Source: Octopus sinensis
Taxonomy: Eukaryota
DNA length: 64,000 bases
NCBI RefSeq assembly: GCF_006345805.1
Contig: NC_042999.1
Span: 70,308,001-70,372,000 of the forward strand
Reading direction: 5' to 3'
Under the pieces are notes generated by a model. That model saw only the letters and a program-made list of their open reading frames with translations, was not told the origin of the DNA and searched no databases. Below are positions 1 to 12,035 of the stretch, one piece after another (within the stretch, counting starts at the first letter, position 1; the number at the start of each line of letters is the position of its first letter). The position numbers were made by a program, and so were the translations under genes.

Positions 1-1407
1 TCTTTGTTAGTACATTTATCTGGCCGTTTTTTGTATAATTGGTAATTTAAGTTGTTGAGTAGTAGGTTTAATGACTACAGTAAAGTGAATCTAAACTGGT
101 GCATTTTTAAATTTAATTTTATGGCTTACATGAGGAGTAGTGCTCCTCAGCCATTAGTAATATTAGCTCTTTCACCAATAATTTTGATAAACAATATTAA
201 AAACCTATGTTATACAGATGACTCAGCTACCTGTAAAGTGCACTACCAAACTTGGTTTATCATAATCAGGCATTTTGTACTTCATTCTTTTGTCCAAAGA
301 CTTGAGATACTAGTATTAATGCACATAAGGTGATCTATATACCTTCGGTCAAAATTTGTTCAAGGCAGTTGAATTGAAAGTTATACAGAAAACTGCTTAA
401 CATGCCTGGAGTATCAAGGGGCAGATACAGAGCAAATTAAAATGCCAGAAATGCTTAAAACTTTGGTTTGCTAAAAGTGGAATGTGTGTGTGGTGACAAG
501 CTTAGTGCTTTAGCAAATATTATGGATGGATTTGTAGTGGCACTGGAAGACTTAAGTGCACAGACTAGCGATAAAGCTCTTTTCATCATAATTTATGCTC
601 CAAACACGATTAATTTTCAAAATGAATCGAATCGCAGGCAGAGCATTTCGATAGACAATAACAAAAGTGTTAAAAGGGAGATAATTCTTCCACTTCTTTA
701 AGGTAGTAATGAATTATTTTTTTCTTTGGAATGGTTTGAAAATTGTAATTAAGCAAAAGAACTCTGACTTCGATCTAATGTTTAACTGCACCTCGGTGAT
801 ACAAGTTGATGTGTTTGTTGCACTGAGTAACAAATGTAGAGTTTAATAACAGGAATCTTCTTCCTACAGATTACATAAAGGATATGGTGTGGTTATCAGC
901 ATCTGTTGAGGATAAAATGACGTGCAAATTCTAGCCATGCTTAATGTTTCAAGATAGGGAAGGGTTGAAGCTGACTTCTGTATTTAGAATTTCTATTGAA
1001 AAAATGTTTAAAGAACTGGGTTTGTGCAAGAAAATCTAGTGTCTTGAAGCCTTAATAATGATTATAGAGGGATGTATGGACAACAATAATGTGGTAGGGT
1101 CCTGTCCTACAGTGTGGCATCTTAGACAAATTTTTTACTGTAAGTCTCAGGTTGACCGATGCTTTCTGAGTGGAACTAGTAAGCAAAGCGTACAGTAGCC
1201 TGTCAGATATGTATACACACATGGATGTTGACAATGTTTTCATTAATAACATCTAAACAAAGAAGACTGACATTGTTTACTTTCTTTACATTAAGGAAAT
1301 GTCCTTTAGTTCAGTAAATATTTGAAAACCAGTTGAATGATACTACCCTTGAAAAAATAAGGCTGGGGTAACCATCGGAAGAGCACCTGGTCGTTGAAGA
1401 AAAGATG

Positions 1408-1717
1408 AGGCGTAGGAGTGGCTGTGTGGTAAGTAGCTTGCTTACGAACGACATGGTTCCGGGTTCAGTCCCATTGCGTGGCACCTTGGGCAAGTGACTT
1501 CTGCTATAGCCTCGGGCTGACCAAGGCCTTGTGAGTAGATTTGGTAGACAAACTGAAAGAAGCCTGTCGTATATATGTCTTTGTCCCCCAACATCGTTTG
1601 ACAATCAATGGTAGTGTGTTTACGTCCCCATAACTTTGCGGTTCGGCAAAAGAGTGATAAAATAAGTTCTGGGGTCAATTTGCTCGACTAATGGTGGTAC
1701 TCCAGCATGGCCACAGT
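1408..1717 (+). mobile_element. SINE family A (tRNA head, CORE-like gcaccttgggcaagt domain)
   Basis: ggcgtaggagtggctgtgtggtaag head with a B-box-like ggttcagtccc. Many copies in the window. Confidence 0.85.
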
Positions 1718-2978
1718 GAAAGAGAGATTTGACCGGACAAGCTGAAAGGGATTTCTAGAATCAAACAAAATTAATTAGAGAGGAACTTAAGCACTAGAAA
1801 CAGGCAACAGTGGTTGAGGTACATTATACGAAGCTATGAAGACAACAGATTACTACTTCAAGCACACCGTATAACCCCTCATAACGTTTTTGTTTTTAGG
1901 AATTTTCAGTAAATTTGGCAACTTTGGCAACTACACACTGGAAATCATACAACTATGCAAAAACCAAAAAAAGATTTTTTTTGTGTGCAATTTAAAGGCT
2001 ATTTAGCTGTCATTTTTAGCACATCTCACAATCACCTGATACCCTCCTTGTTTCTTTGTTACTCTGATATATTGATGTCTTTTTCCCCATAAACACATTC
2101 CATTTTTTTTTTTACTATTATTATTATTTATGTGCCCTTTTCAAGCCTAGCCAGGCACATGGGCCTGGTTTCTATGGCGTAGAAACTGGACAGGACAGGA
2201 TGCCAGTCCATCGCAGTGTTACTCAAGAAACAGGAAGAAAGTACAACAGGGGTCGCCACCAGCCTCAAAGCCCAGTCTGGGTATCGAAACCGCGATCCTC
2301 CGACCATGAATATTGCGCTTCCACAAACACGTTTCATAGTCTTAGTCTATTACTGGGATTTAAAGCAAGAAATTCAGACTATTTTAAACACAGATTTTTT
2401 TTTCAAATTTCAAAAAGTTTAAGAAGAAACTTTTTCGCTTTCATAGTTGTATGAATTTCCTTGTGTAGAACACAAAAGACTGTAATTTTCTGAAAATTCT
2501 CAAAATAGAAAAGTTATATGGTGTGCTTAAAGCAGAATTCCACCATAAAAACTTTATTTAGAAGCATTATTAGTTGAAGTATTTCTTGTTTTAAGATTTC
2601 ATCTAGTTTGGATCTGACATCACTATGTGTAGAGTGAGATGGTAAGACTGACTGTCTTTACAGTCGGCGAGCTGGCAGATACGTTAGCATGCCGGGTGAA
2701 ATGCTTAGCGGTATTCCGCCAAGGTCGACTTTGACTTTTATCCTTTCGGGGTTGACAAATTAAGTTACACACTGGGGTCGATGTAATCGACTTAATCCAT
2801 TTGTTTAACCCCTTGTGGGCAATAAAGAAATAAGACCGTCTTTACAATTTGGGATCAATTTCTATGATTCAGCAAAGATTATGTCTAAACAGTTGCTGGA
2901 TTTAAGAGGTCCAAACTGTACTGAGTTGTCTGTTAGTACTTTTTGATCACATGAAGACTGAATTAAAACTGAACTTAC

Positions 2979-3090
2979 CTAAATTCCATTTTAGCCCTGT
3001 TGTTGTTATGCTGTTACACACACAACCAAGAGGAATCAGACCACAATGCGCACCTCTGAATTCACTATCAACTTCAATGCTGTTATTTCC
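2979..3090 (-). CDS. TPK1: TPK1 coding exon 6 (GNNSIEVDSEFRGAHCGLIPLGCVCNSITTTGLKWNL); last exon not located in window
   Basis: Acceptor aaattacag, donor G|gtaagt, 112 nt, phase 0-1. CGLIPLG and TTTGLKWNL are motifs of the TPK thiamin-binding domain. Confidence 0.97.
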
Positions 3091-3332
3091 CTGTAATTTT
3101 AATTATACATACCAAGATGTTAAAATTTAGAAGGGTTTGATAAAGACAAGTGTTACTAATAGCACAAAAACCCATCAGTGTCAATTTAGAAGTTGTTTTT
3201 TATATTGCTTTGCGTTTCACTCTGTTGTACATTAAGCAAATGCTTCTTACTGTGGCTGCAAGCTAAACAATGCTTTATGAATGAAATTAATAGGTAAAAA
3301 CTGAGAAGCCCATCATATATTTATGTGTGCAC

Positions 3333-3881
3333 CAGTGTTCCTCAATCATTTTTTGCCTATGGACCCCTTTGATTCTTATTTAACTCTACTGGACCTTAAA
3401 TAAACATTTGATGTTTAAAAATGTCCCATTATATTTTTATAGTTAAATATCATAGGCGTAGGAGTGGCTGTGTGGTAAGTAGCTTGCTTACCAACCACAT
3501 GGTTCCGGGTTCAGTCCCACTGCGTGGCACCTTGGGCAAGTGTCTTCTACTATAGCCTCGGGCTGACGAAAGCCTTGTGAGTGGATTTGGTAGACGGAAA
3601 CTGAAAGAAGCCCATCATATGATGTGTGACTGTGTTTGTTCCCCCCCCCAGTCCCCGTAACTTAGCAGTTCGGCAAAAGAGACCGATAGAATAAGACACT
3701 CAACTAAAGGTGGTGCTCCAGCATGGCCACAGTCAAATGACTGAAACAAGTAAGAGAGTATCATTAGGAATTGTATAATAAAAATTGTTTAAACGTTTTG
3801 TGTACCGTAGCAGTATAATCAATTTATTACAGATAAATTTTAACAGCAAAATCTTATATGGACCCCAACTGAGAACCACTG
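3333..3881. mobile_element. hAT-like MITE of the same family, interrupted by a SINE (3454-3757)
   Basis: cagtgttcctcaa ... tgagaaccactg ends. tatcat is duplicated around the SINE. Confidence 0.7.
3454..3757 (+). mobile_element. SINE family A copy
   Basis: Same consensus as 1408; nested in a hAT MITE. Confidence 0.85.
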
Positions 3882-4683
3882 GAGCACACGATCAGACCCT
3901 TGACAAACCTCCCTACAATCTATCTCTTCCTCCCACCCATGTTCACCAACTGCTACAATCCCCTCACTCTCATGTACCAGCCTGCACATTATATGTCCCC
4001 AATGAATCTCTTCCTTACAGCATATCCTCCTAATGCCACCTTTCTTCTACCTGTGCCTATTCATTACACCCCACCCTCTATCCAGTATACTTCTTTCACT
4101 ATCTCAACTCACCCTCTCAAATCGTCAGACATGCAGTGATGTAGTCAAAGTACACACACACACAATACCTGTCTGCAAAATTCTACCCACAGAACACTGG
4201 TTAGTGTGAAGCTACAGTGGAAGACACATGTACAACGTGTCACACAGGTTGATCTAATCTGAAACTAAGTAAATGCAAAGCAGATTTCCTATTTCCATAA
4301 CTATGGTTTATCATCAAGTAGTTATTAAAATTTCGAAAAACTCAAGTGGCCAGTTCATTTTAGGAAGCAGAACGTTGTTTATTCCTTCTCGAGCCACGCC
4401 TGGCTCATAAGAGCCGTTTCCCCAGTTTCCTTGGCGTATAGGTTCCCCACCTGGACGGGACGCCAATCCGTCGCAGGTGAGCTGCAAGAGGAAAGAGTGA
4501 GAGAAAGTTGTGGCGAAAGAGTCAGTAGAAGTTCGCCAGGGCCGCGTGGAGCTTAGGTGTTTCGCTCATAAACACACATCGCCCAGTCTGAGATTCAAAC
4601 CCACGAACGCAAGTCCACTGCTCTAACCACTAGGCCATGTGCCTCCACAAGCAGAACATAACATCATAAATATTAATACTTAC

Positions 4684-4839
4684 TGTTTTCAAAAGGCATG
4701 TAAGATCTGAATTTGACATCACATATATGGGAACATATTTATCATATCCAAAGTTTCTGACTTTGAAGAGTGTGTTGAAATTAGCAAATTGCTGGTCAAC
4801 TCTTCCTTGGAAACCAACTAGAACAACTATTCTCTCAAC
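4684..4839 (-). CDS. TPK1: TPK1 coding exon 5 (VERIVVLVGFQGRVDQQFANFNTLFKVRNFGYDKYVPIYVMSNSDLTCLLKT)
   Basis: Acceptor tattatctttag, donor gtaagt, 156 nt, phase 0-0. GRVDQ..AN.NTLF matches TPK1 GRFDQIMASVNTLF. Confidence 0.96.
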
Positions 4840-4999
4840 CTAAAGATAATAAAATATTAAAAAATAAATGGCAGTGTTTCAAATGCATCCCAAGATTTAT
4901 AAATCTAACCCAACATACAACGATTGTTAAACTACATCATGGCTAAAAATTGTATAAAATTCTTTCAATGTGTTACCAGCATCTGAGGAGAAGATAACT

Positions 5000-5196
5000 G
5001 GTGGCGAGCCAGCAGAAACGTTAGCACGCCAGGCGAAATGCTTAGCAGTATTTCATCTGCCGTTACGTTCTGAGTTCAAATTCCGCCGAGGTCAATAAAT
5101 TAAGTACCAGTTATGCACTGGGGTCGATGTAATTGACTTAATCCCTTTGTTTGTTCCCTCTATGTTTAACCCCTTGTGGGCAATAAAGAAATAAGA
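5000..5196 (+). mobile_element. SINE family B (tRNA head, Nin/Deu-like domain)
   Basis: ggcgagc...ttcaaattccgccgaggtc...gtaccagt...ggggtcgat. Imperfect flanking duplication agataactgg/agatgactgg. Confidence 0.8.
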
Positions 5197-5710
5197 TGAC
5201 TGGTGTAGACTTAATGTTTCAAGATAAGGAAGGGTTGGAGCTGACTTCTGTATTTAGAATTTTTATTGAAAGGAAAATGTTTAAAGAACTGAGTGTGTGC
5301 AAGAAATCCAGTGTCTTGCAACATCAAAAATGATTATGGAGGAATGGATGGACAACAACAATGACGAAATTGTATGTCAACTAAGTGATCCTTTAGCATT
5401 CAAACTGGCCATAAAACAGATATTCTACCTGTTTTATGTTCAAACCAGTCAGATCCAGCCTCTCATACCTATATCATTCTAAAAAATAAACAAGTCACAT
5501 CATCAGAATCTCCAAACTATGAGATAATGCATAATTAATTTTAAAAAGCGTGATTAAATAAGCATTATATCTGATACGGTAATCTGAATACTAAAAGCTT
5601 AAAACTTAATTGTAAACAGCATTTACGTTTTTGTAAAAGAAGCTGTTACAACTTCTAATCCCAATTAGTCACAACTGATATATTAATTTTAACTGAATTG
5701 ATCGACTTAC

Positions 5711-5800
5711 CTCAACATGATTAATTTTCCCAAAAACAATTCTCAGACATTTTGTAAAATCAGTTTCATCTTGATCAGGTGTTTCAACAATTTCAACATT
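5711..5800 (-). CDS. TPK1: TPK1 coding exon 4 (NVEIVETPDQDETDFTKCLRIVFGKINHVE)
   Basis: Acceptor gtttcttttcag, donor gtaagt, 90 nt, phase 0-0. Contains the TPDQD.TDFTKCL motif. Confidence 0.97.
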
Positions 5801-6339
5801 CTGAAAAGAAACATCTTCACTGATGTGAGTGATTTGGATAGACATACCATAACTATTCAAAGTTAGGTTAGGCATGGCTAGCAAGACAATTACACAGATG
5901 AATGAAGGGGAAAAAACAGGCACATCATCAGAGATATTCACTGTGACGTTGAATGTGCCAGGGGCATATGTAGGTATTAGATATAGTGAATTTGCTTAGT
6001 TAATTAAAGTACAAGTCTATCAGAGACAGTCACTGAGGCGTTGAATGCGTCAGAGATATGTAGATATTACACTAGTTAATTAGGCAGTGCAATCCATTAG
6101 AGATGGTCCCTGAGGTGTTAAATATGTTAAAGATGTGCAAGTGTATTATACTAGTAAGTTAATTAATTAATTAGGTAGTGGAGAAAGGTGCTATTTCTAA
6201 TTCTCTAATGACTGACATGTGTAACATCATCAACAGTAAGAACAAGGTAGATGTACCTGAGAGATGCTATTACGAAGGTCTTAAACTGATGGACCAAATC
6301 TTGAAAGTAAGCAGAAAGAACTGAGCTTTAACAAAATTA

Positions 6340-6540
6340 GTTTAACCCTCTTTTGCTTTTTTGTTACAATATGTTGAAATACACTATCTTTATTTACATT
6401 CGACGGATATTTGTCCTCATCTTGTTTGTTGTTAACACAACGTTTCGGCTGATATACCCTCCAGCCTCCTTCAGGTGTTTTGGGGAAATTTTGAACCTGG
6501 GTTCTCATTCCTAAGATATTTTTCGATGTTGTTGTTGTTG
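6340..6540 (-). mobile_element. Penelope-like element terminal-repeat fragment with hammerhead motif
   Basis: Hammerhead-like motif at 6434-6479 (see findings). Limits approximate. Confidence 0.6.
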
Positions 6541-6814
6541 TGCGGGTAACTGCTTGGAATCAAACTCGGAATCTTGGGGTTAGTAGCCCACTCTCTTAAC
6601 CACTACGCCATATGTATGTAATTCCTCGTCTCTTAAATATAGAACTGTATTACACTACCTTTGTCTTAATTAATTTTGAAAATAGTAAGGAATTTACTAA
6701 AAGGACTTTGCCATTATAACTCTCATGCTCGGAACTTAACATGAAATTTCAATGGTAGGTTTTTCTCTTTGATCACTTAAAAACAGGGAGATTGTACCAT
6801 AGAAGGAAAGGCAG

Positions 6815-7145
6815 TCTCAAGCAGGTTGGTATCCAAAGGGGTTAAGATGGTTTGTTGAACAACAGATATTTTTATGGTGCAACAACCCTAGTTCTCTGCT
6901 AAAAACAAAAGATTGTACTTTGCATTTGTTGATCTTGAAAAGGATTTTAATACAGTCCCATTCTATGTAATACAAAGGTGCTGTAATTAAGGTTAGCATT
7001 GGCAGCAAATTCACTGGATGATTTAGACAGAGGTTCTCTAAGGCTTTTATGCATTACAGTTCTTGGAGCAATGTCATAGGAGTTTTGGATTTGATGTCCT
7101 TCAGAATGCTTACATGCTGATGACCCCGTTCTCATTGCAAAATTT
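6815..7145 (+). mobile_element. Highly decayed LINE RT remnant
   Basis: LYFAFVDLEKDFNTVP and LHADDPVLIA fragments. Confidence 0.65.
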
Positions 7146-7365
7146 GTTGAAAAGTAACAAAAAATACTTCAAAGGTTATCTAAACCCTTTCTTTGATAGC
7201 TCCGTGCTTAAACAGAATTTCCTTTTCTTTTTAATCAGAGGAGAAAAGGCTACCTCTGTAACCTTCTTCAGTGTCTTCTAGACTAATAGCAGGAAGGAAA
7301 GAAGTTCTTCTCAGACCAGAGACCTGGTCTGAGTGCTTACAAGTGAGTGGACTTCACAAAAGCTA

Positions 7366-7860
7366 TCATCATCATCATCGTTTAACATCCGTTTTCCATG
7401 CTAGCATGGGTTGGACGGTTCAACCAGGGTCTGGGAAGCCAGGAGGCTGCACCAGGCTCCAGTCTGATCTGGCAGTGTTTCTACAGCTGGATGCCCTTCC
7501 TAACGCCAACCACTCCATGAGTGTAGTGGGTGCTTTTTACATGTCACCAGCACAGGTGCCAGGGGAGGCTGGCAACAGCTACGATTGGTTGTTACATTTT
7601 ACATGCCACCAGCATGGAAGCCAGTCAAGGCAGCGCTGGCATCGGCCACGTTTGGATGGTGCTTTTTATGTGCCACTGCTACAATTTCCATTTGATTTTT
7701 ATTTTGATGTTGATGTACTTAACTCAATAGGTCTCCTCCAAGGTAAGCACAGCAGGCCATCCTGCAATACAAGGTACTTTGGATGGGCTGGGGCTGCTAT
7801 GTGAAGCTGGTGCAGGAAACAGCCATGAACTCATGTTATTTGTCAGGTCTTCGCAGTCAC
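7366..7860 (-). mobile_element. SINE family C ((GAT)n tail, ttaggaagggcatccagctgtagaaac domain, internal tandem units)
   Basis: Shared consensus with copies at about 11047-11392(+), 15480-15948(+), 19256-19480(-), 24125-24280(-), 24790-25128(+), 40330-40830(-), 49480-49715(-), 54740-54960(-), 57520-57800(-), 63440-63882(+). Confidence 0.8.
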
Positions 7861-8459
7861 GTGATGTTAAAACTGAATGAGAGACTAAATTTATCAATGA
7901 AGAACTAGTGTATCTAGGACTCTATTACCTGATATTTTCATTTTCTTTTTTAAGATGACAAATTGTGTTTTCAGTGAAATTTGTCTACCATTCCAGCAAA
8001 CAATAGAAAAGCATGCCATACAAGGAAGTCGCAACATATAAAGCTAGCTAGTTGGGCAAACAGACAACTCATTTCATTCATATTGACAATGACATTCCGT
8101 TATTCTATTTCAATACTTAAAAATAACTGCCTGTAGGTCATTGTCAACTTGAATTCCCTTAATATAGGACTTGACAACAGTCTTCAGAGACAACCAACTG
8201 AATGACCTGTTAAGAGTAAAAGAATATTTAATTATATATAGAGAAGAGTGATGAAAGTCACAATACAACAGAAGAAAACAAAAGTTGTATTCAATATTTC
8301 AGTTCAATTCTCCCAAAATTTTATTGTGTTGAATAATTCATCTCTCTTCCCTTTATATTTGTCTGGCAATGCACCAAGGAAGATGTAGGATATTGATTAA
8401 AGTTTATAGTAAAAACATACTAATGTTATCTGATACTATTTCAGTTCAGCTCTGACATT

Positions 8460-8720
8460 TTCCATCCATCTTTTCCACCCACTATTCTTGAGTGAGTCAT
8501 TGAGGTAGAGTCTTCAGACATCTCCTCCATAGAGTCCTATCAGAAGCATTCATCATTAAACCTTCCCATCGGATTCCGAAGCATGATGGCCAACTGAGAC
8601 TATGGATATTATCTAATTGTCTCATACCTCGTCTACCCTTAGGTCTCCTGCTGGTTGGCTCAGCTTGAAGAATCCCTCTTGTGATTCTTTCTTGTCACAT
8701 TCTAATCACATGGCCATAGT
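8460..8720 (-). mobile_element. RTE LINE 3'-end remnant
   Basis: GHVIRM..ERITRGILQAEPTSRRPKGR motif. Similar piece at ~11530-11625. Confidence 0.6.
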
Positions 8721-8840
8721 AACAGAGTGGTGACTTCTCAATATTTCTTCTAAATAAATTAATCAGTCAGAAGATGGATAGTATCCATGGGCTTTGCAAG
8801 GCCTCCTTTTTTTTTCTCTGATGTCCTATGTAAAGAACTG

Positions 8841-9117
8841 GAGACACATGGCCTAGTAGGTAGAGCAGTGGACTCGTGGTCGAGGGACCGAATCTCAGGC
8901 CGGGCAATGTGTGTATTTATGAGTGAAACACCTAAGCTCCACACGGCTCCAGCAGAAGGTAATGGCGAACTTCTGCAGACTCTTTCGCCACAACTTTCTC
9001 TCACTCTTTCCTCTTGCAGCTCACCTGCGACAGACCGGTGTCCCATCCAGGTGGGGAACCTATACACCTAGGAAACCGGCCCTTATGAGCCAGATGTGGC
9101 TCGAGAAGGAACAAGAA
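8841..9117 (+). mobile_element. SINE family D (tRNA head, cccatccaggtggggaacc domain)
   Basis: Inverted copy at 4377-4646. Relatives at about 2128(-), 14790, 29213(-), 39440, 62015(-). Confidence 0.8.
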
Positions 9118-9291
9118 CTACAGATAAATGGGGACATGAAAGGAACCTGCGGTGAGGTGCAATATTTCTTGAAGGCTTGCAACAGAATTAATAAGACAAA
9201 CTATATCACTGACCACACTTTTGAACTGTAAAAAAATCAAGCTATAGAGTCAAAAGCCATACCATGATGGGGAGCCTTTGTAAATGACATA

Positions 9292-9727
9292 CTGTAAATC
9301 CTCGTGTATAATCCGCATTTTTTCACCAAAATTTAAAGGTCAAAATCCCTAGTGCGTACTATATACGAAGTTAAAAATGAAAAATATTTTCTAAGGAATG
9401 TTCGAGTCTCTATTTGCTGTCTGGCAATGTTTATTCAGACGCATTTTCTGATGTCGGGCGCGAAAATACCTTAAGCTAAGTCTGAAAGCAATGAAGTCAT
9501 AAAAGAATCATCCACAACTTGCAGTAAGCAACATTTATTAAACATTATTACTATTATTTCTTTATTTTCTGCATACAAAATGCACAAAAAAGCTACACGT
9601 TTGCATTATGTTATATATACAATAATAATAAAGGACATTACCATATACATTTTTACAAACCAAAGACATTATATAGACCTCCTTGACTGAATTTAGAGAA
9701 GGGGTGCGTATTATACACAAGGTTTAG
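9292..9727. mobile_element. pogo/Tc2-like MITE, inverted copy of 34053-34455
   Basis: TA-ctgtaaatcctcgtgtataatccgca ... tgcgtattatacacaaggttta. Interior matches the 34053 copy. Confidence 0.75.
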
Positions 9728-10189
9728 GCTTTTCAGAGGTAAAGCCCCCTAATAATTCACAAACTAATGACGTAGCCTACACCATACCTACAACATACCT
9801 GCCACACCAATAAGCTATAAGTACTACACACTAACCATTCTGTACTATGCCATATCCTCTCCATGCCTACAATTCCACATGATAGTTGCTACATGCCCAA
9901 ACCCTGCATCTCTCCATTCAATATCTATTACATACTACCCATGCTGTATAACATGGTATGATATACTACACCATACAACTACATCACACCTACCACATTC
10001 CCACTATGCTTACTACATACCCATTAAGTCACTACAGAGTTGTGCAACAGCCAGATAATGTTAGATTTAGAGACACTGTCGACTTTGACATGGATAGGGG
10101 TCAATTGTGAAAGTGGATGAGTGGCCAGTGTTTTGGGTGAATAGCTTTAAGATTGTTGGACTACTCTTTGGTGGTGTGTGTGGGGGGGA

Positions 10190-10360
10190 CAAGAACAACA
10201 AGGAAAAGGAAGGAGGAGAGAACAATAGGAATTGGGAAGATGTGGGGGAAGAAGAAGAAGAGGAGGAAGAAGAAGAAGAAGGGAAGGAAGAGAGTGCCAA
10301 TGATTATGGTGCCACTAATAACAATGAATATGAATACTACTACTATTACTACCTCTACTG
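10190..10360. repeat. (GAA/GAG)n and (TAC)n simple repeats
   Basis: Direct reading; source of poly-E/poly-S ORFs. Confidence 0.85.
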
Positions 10361-10496
10361 TTGCTACAAGCAATCAACTAAAAACCACCAAATAACATGT
10401 AGGATTGTTAAGCTAGGTGGTGCAAATGTAGGCTGAAATGTGTGTGTGTACTCATCAATTATATTACATGGAGAGAGAAGAGAGAAAGAAAATTAC

Positions 10497-10633
10497 TTTC
10501 TGTTGATAATGTTCTTTTACTTCTGGGCGGATGGAATCAAAGTCTCCTGTGATTATATCTGGCAGGAAATCTTCTTTGGAGAGATGGCTGTATACTTCAT
10601 TTGCTGCACCATCGACAAATACCTTCAATACAG
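10497..10633 (-). CDS. TPK1: TPK1 coding exon 3 (AVLKVFVDGAANEVYSHLSKEDFLPDIITGDFDSIRPEVKEHYQQK)
   Basis: Acceptor tatgtttttcag, donor gtaatt, 137 nt, phase 1-0. Contains the TPK motifs DG(G/A)AN and GDFDSI. Confidence 0.97.
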
Positions 10634-11624
10634 CTGAAAAACATAGAACAGAAATAATGATTTGTTACCTGCATATGGAATTTTGTTGCTGTAATGTTAA
10701 TTAAGGATAGTCATTCTGTGACTGATAACCGAAATTAGGTAACGGACAAAACAGGTGTGACTGTGTGCTTGCAAAACTTGCTTCCAACCATATGCATTTG
10801 AGTTCAGTTCTTCTGCATGGCACCTTGCACTAGTGTCTTCTACTATAGTTCATGCCAACCAGAGCCTTGTAGATGGATTAGGTAAACAGAAACTGAAAGA
10901 AGCCTGTCATGTGTGTACCATCATCATCATCATTTAATGTCTCTTGTCTAAGCTGGTATGCATTGAGGGGATTGACCAAGGCCAGCAATTTCAGGGGAGG
11001 TGGTAAGTTGATTACATCAACTCCAATACTTAACTGGTTTTTATTTTATTGACCCCTGTGAAGACCTGTTGAGGCAAGTGAAAATCAAAATCGAAATCGA
11101 TCAACATCAATGGAAATTGCAGCTGTGATACCAGTGCCGGTGGTATGTAAGAAAACCATCTGAACATGGCCGTTGCCAGTGCCACCCCAACTGGCCTCGT
11201 GCCGGTGGCACGTAAAATGCACTATCCAAACGTGACCGTTGCCAGCGCTGCCCCAACTGGCTTCGTGCCGGTGGCACATAAAAAGCACCATCCAATCGAG
11301 CGAGGTCGTTGCCAGCCTCGTCTGGCACCAGTTGAACCGTCGAACCCATGCTAGCATGGAAAGCAAACGCTAAATGTTGATGATGATGATGACCCCAAAA
11401 GGATGAAAGGCAAACAGCAGAATTGGAATTCAGAACATAAAGATAGAAAAAAAATGTCACTTATCATTTTACCCAGGGTGCTAATGATTGTGCCAGCTTA
11501 CCACCTTAAGTGTAATTATGGACATTATCCAACCATCTTGTTCTTGATCTAAGCCAATGTCTCCTGCCAATCGGCTCGGCTTGAAGAATCTATCTTGCAA
11601 TTCTTTCCTACAAAATTCTAACTA

Positions 11625-12035
11625 CATGGCATAGGAGTGGCTGTGTGGTAAGTGGCTTGCTTACGAACCACATGGTTCCAGGTTCAGTCCCACTGTGTGG
11701 CACCTTGGGCAAGTGTCTTCTACTATAGCCTCGGGCCGACCAAAGCCTTTTGAGTGGATTTGGTAGACAGAAACTGAGAGAAGCCTGTCATATATATGTA
11801 TGTATGTATGTATGTATGTGTGTGTGTATGTTTGTGTGTATATGTTTGTCCCCCCAACATCACTTGACAACCAATGCTGGTGTGCTTACATCCCCGTAAC
11901 TTAGCAGTTAGACAAAAGAGACCGATAGAATAAGTATTAGGCTTCCAATGAATAAGTCCTGGGGTTGATTTGCTCGACTAAAGGTGGTGCTCCAGCATGG
12001 CCACAGTCAAATGACTGAAACAAGTAAAAGAGTAA
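11625..12035 (+). mobile_element. SINE family A full-length copy with internal (TATG)n/(TG)n
   Basis: Same consensus; aagagtaaaa tail. Confidence 0.85.

Noticed and set aside
1408-1480. tRNA-like A/B-box sequences in SINE heads
   Set aside because: No complete cloverleaf; these are SINE promoters, not tRNA genes.
2861-2929. Candidate TPK1 last exon DNSVQFGPLKSSNCLDIIFAES*, resembling NDVLAFGTLVSTSN
   Set aside because: It needs a 49-nt intron with no pyrimidine tract and two single-residue gaps, and it lacks the TD.PL.WTM end. The real exon is probably outside the window; RT-PCR would settle it.
890-5355. Similar segments at ~890-1090 and ~4970-5355 (second split by a SINE)
   Set aside because: No exon is duplicated; most likely two decayed copies of a dispersed repeat.
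7540-7680. Regularly spaced ggcacataaaaagcacc motifs resembling a CRISPR repeat-spacer array (also 11130, 15600, 24790, 40490, 63520)
   Set aside because: The spacers resemble each other, the arrays are internal to a SINE, there are no cas genes, and the context is eukaryotic.
7271-7804. 177-aa ORF and similar HHHRLTSVFHASMGW / LQLDALPNANH ORFs
   Set aside because: Translations of family C SINEs, recurring at many loci with no protein motif.
10067-10436. Poly-Glu / poly-Ser / poly-Tyr ORFs
   Set aside because: Simple trinucleotide repeats; no splice or homology support.
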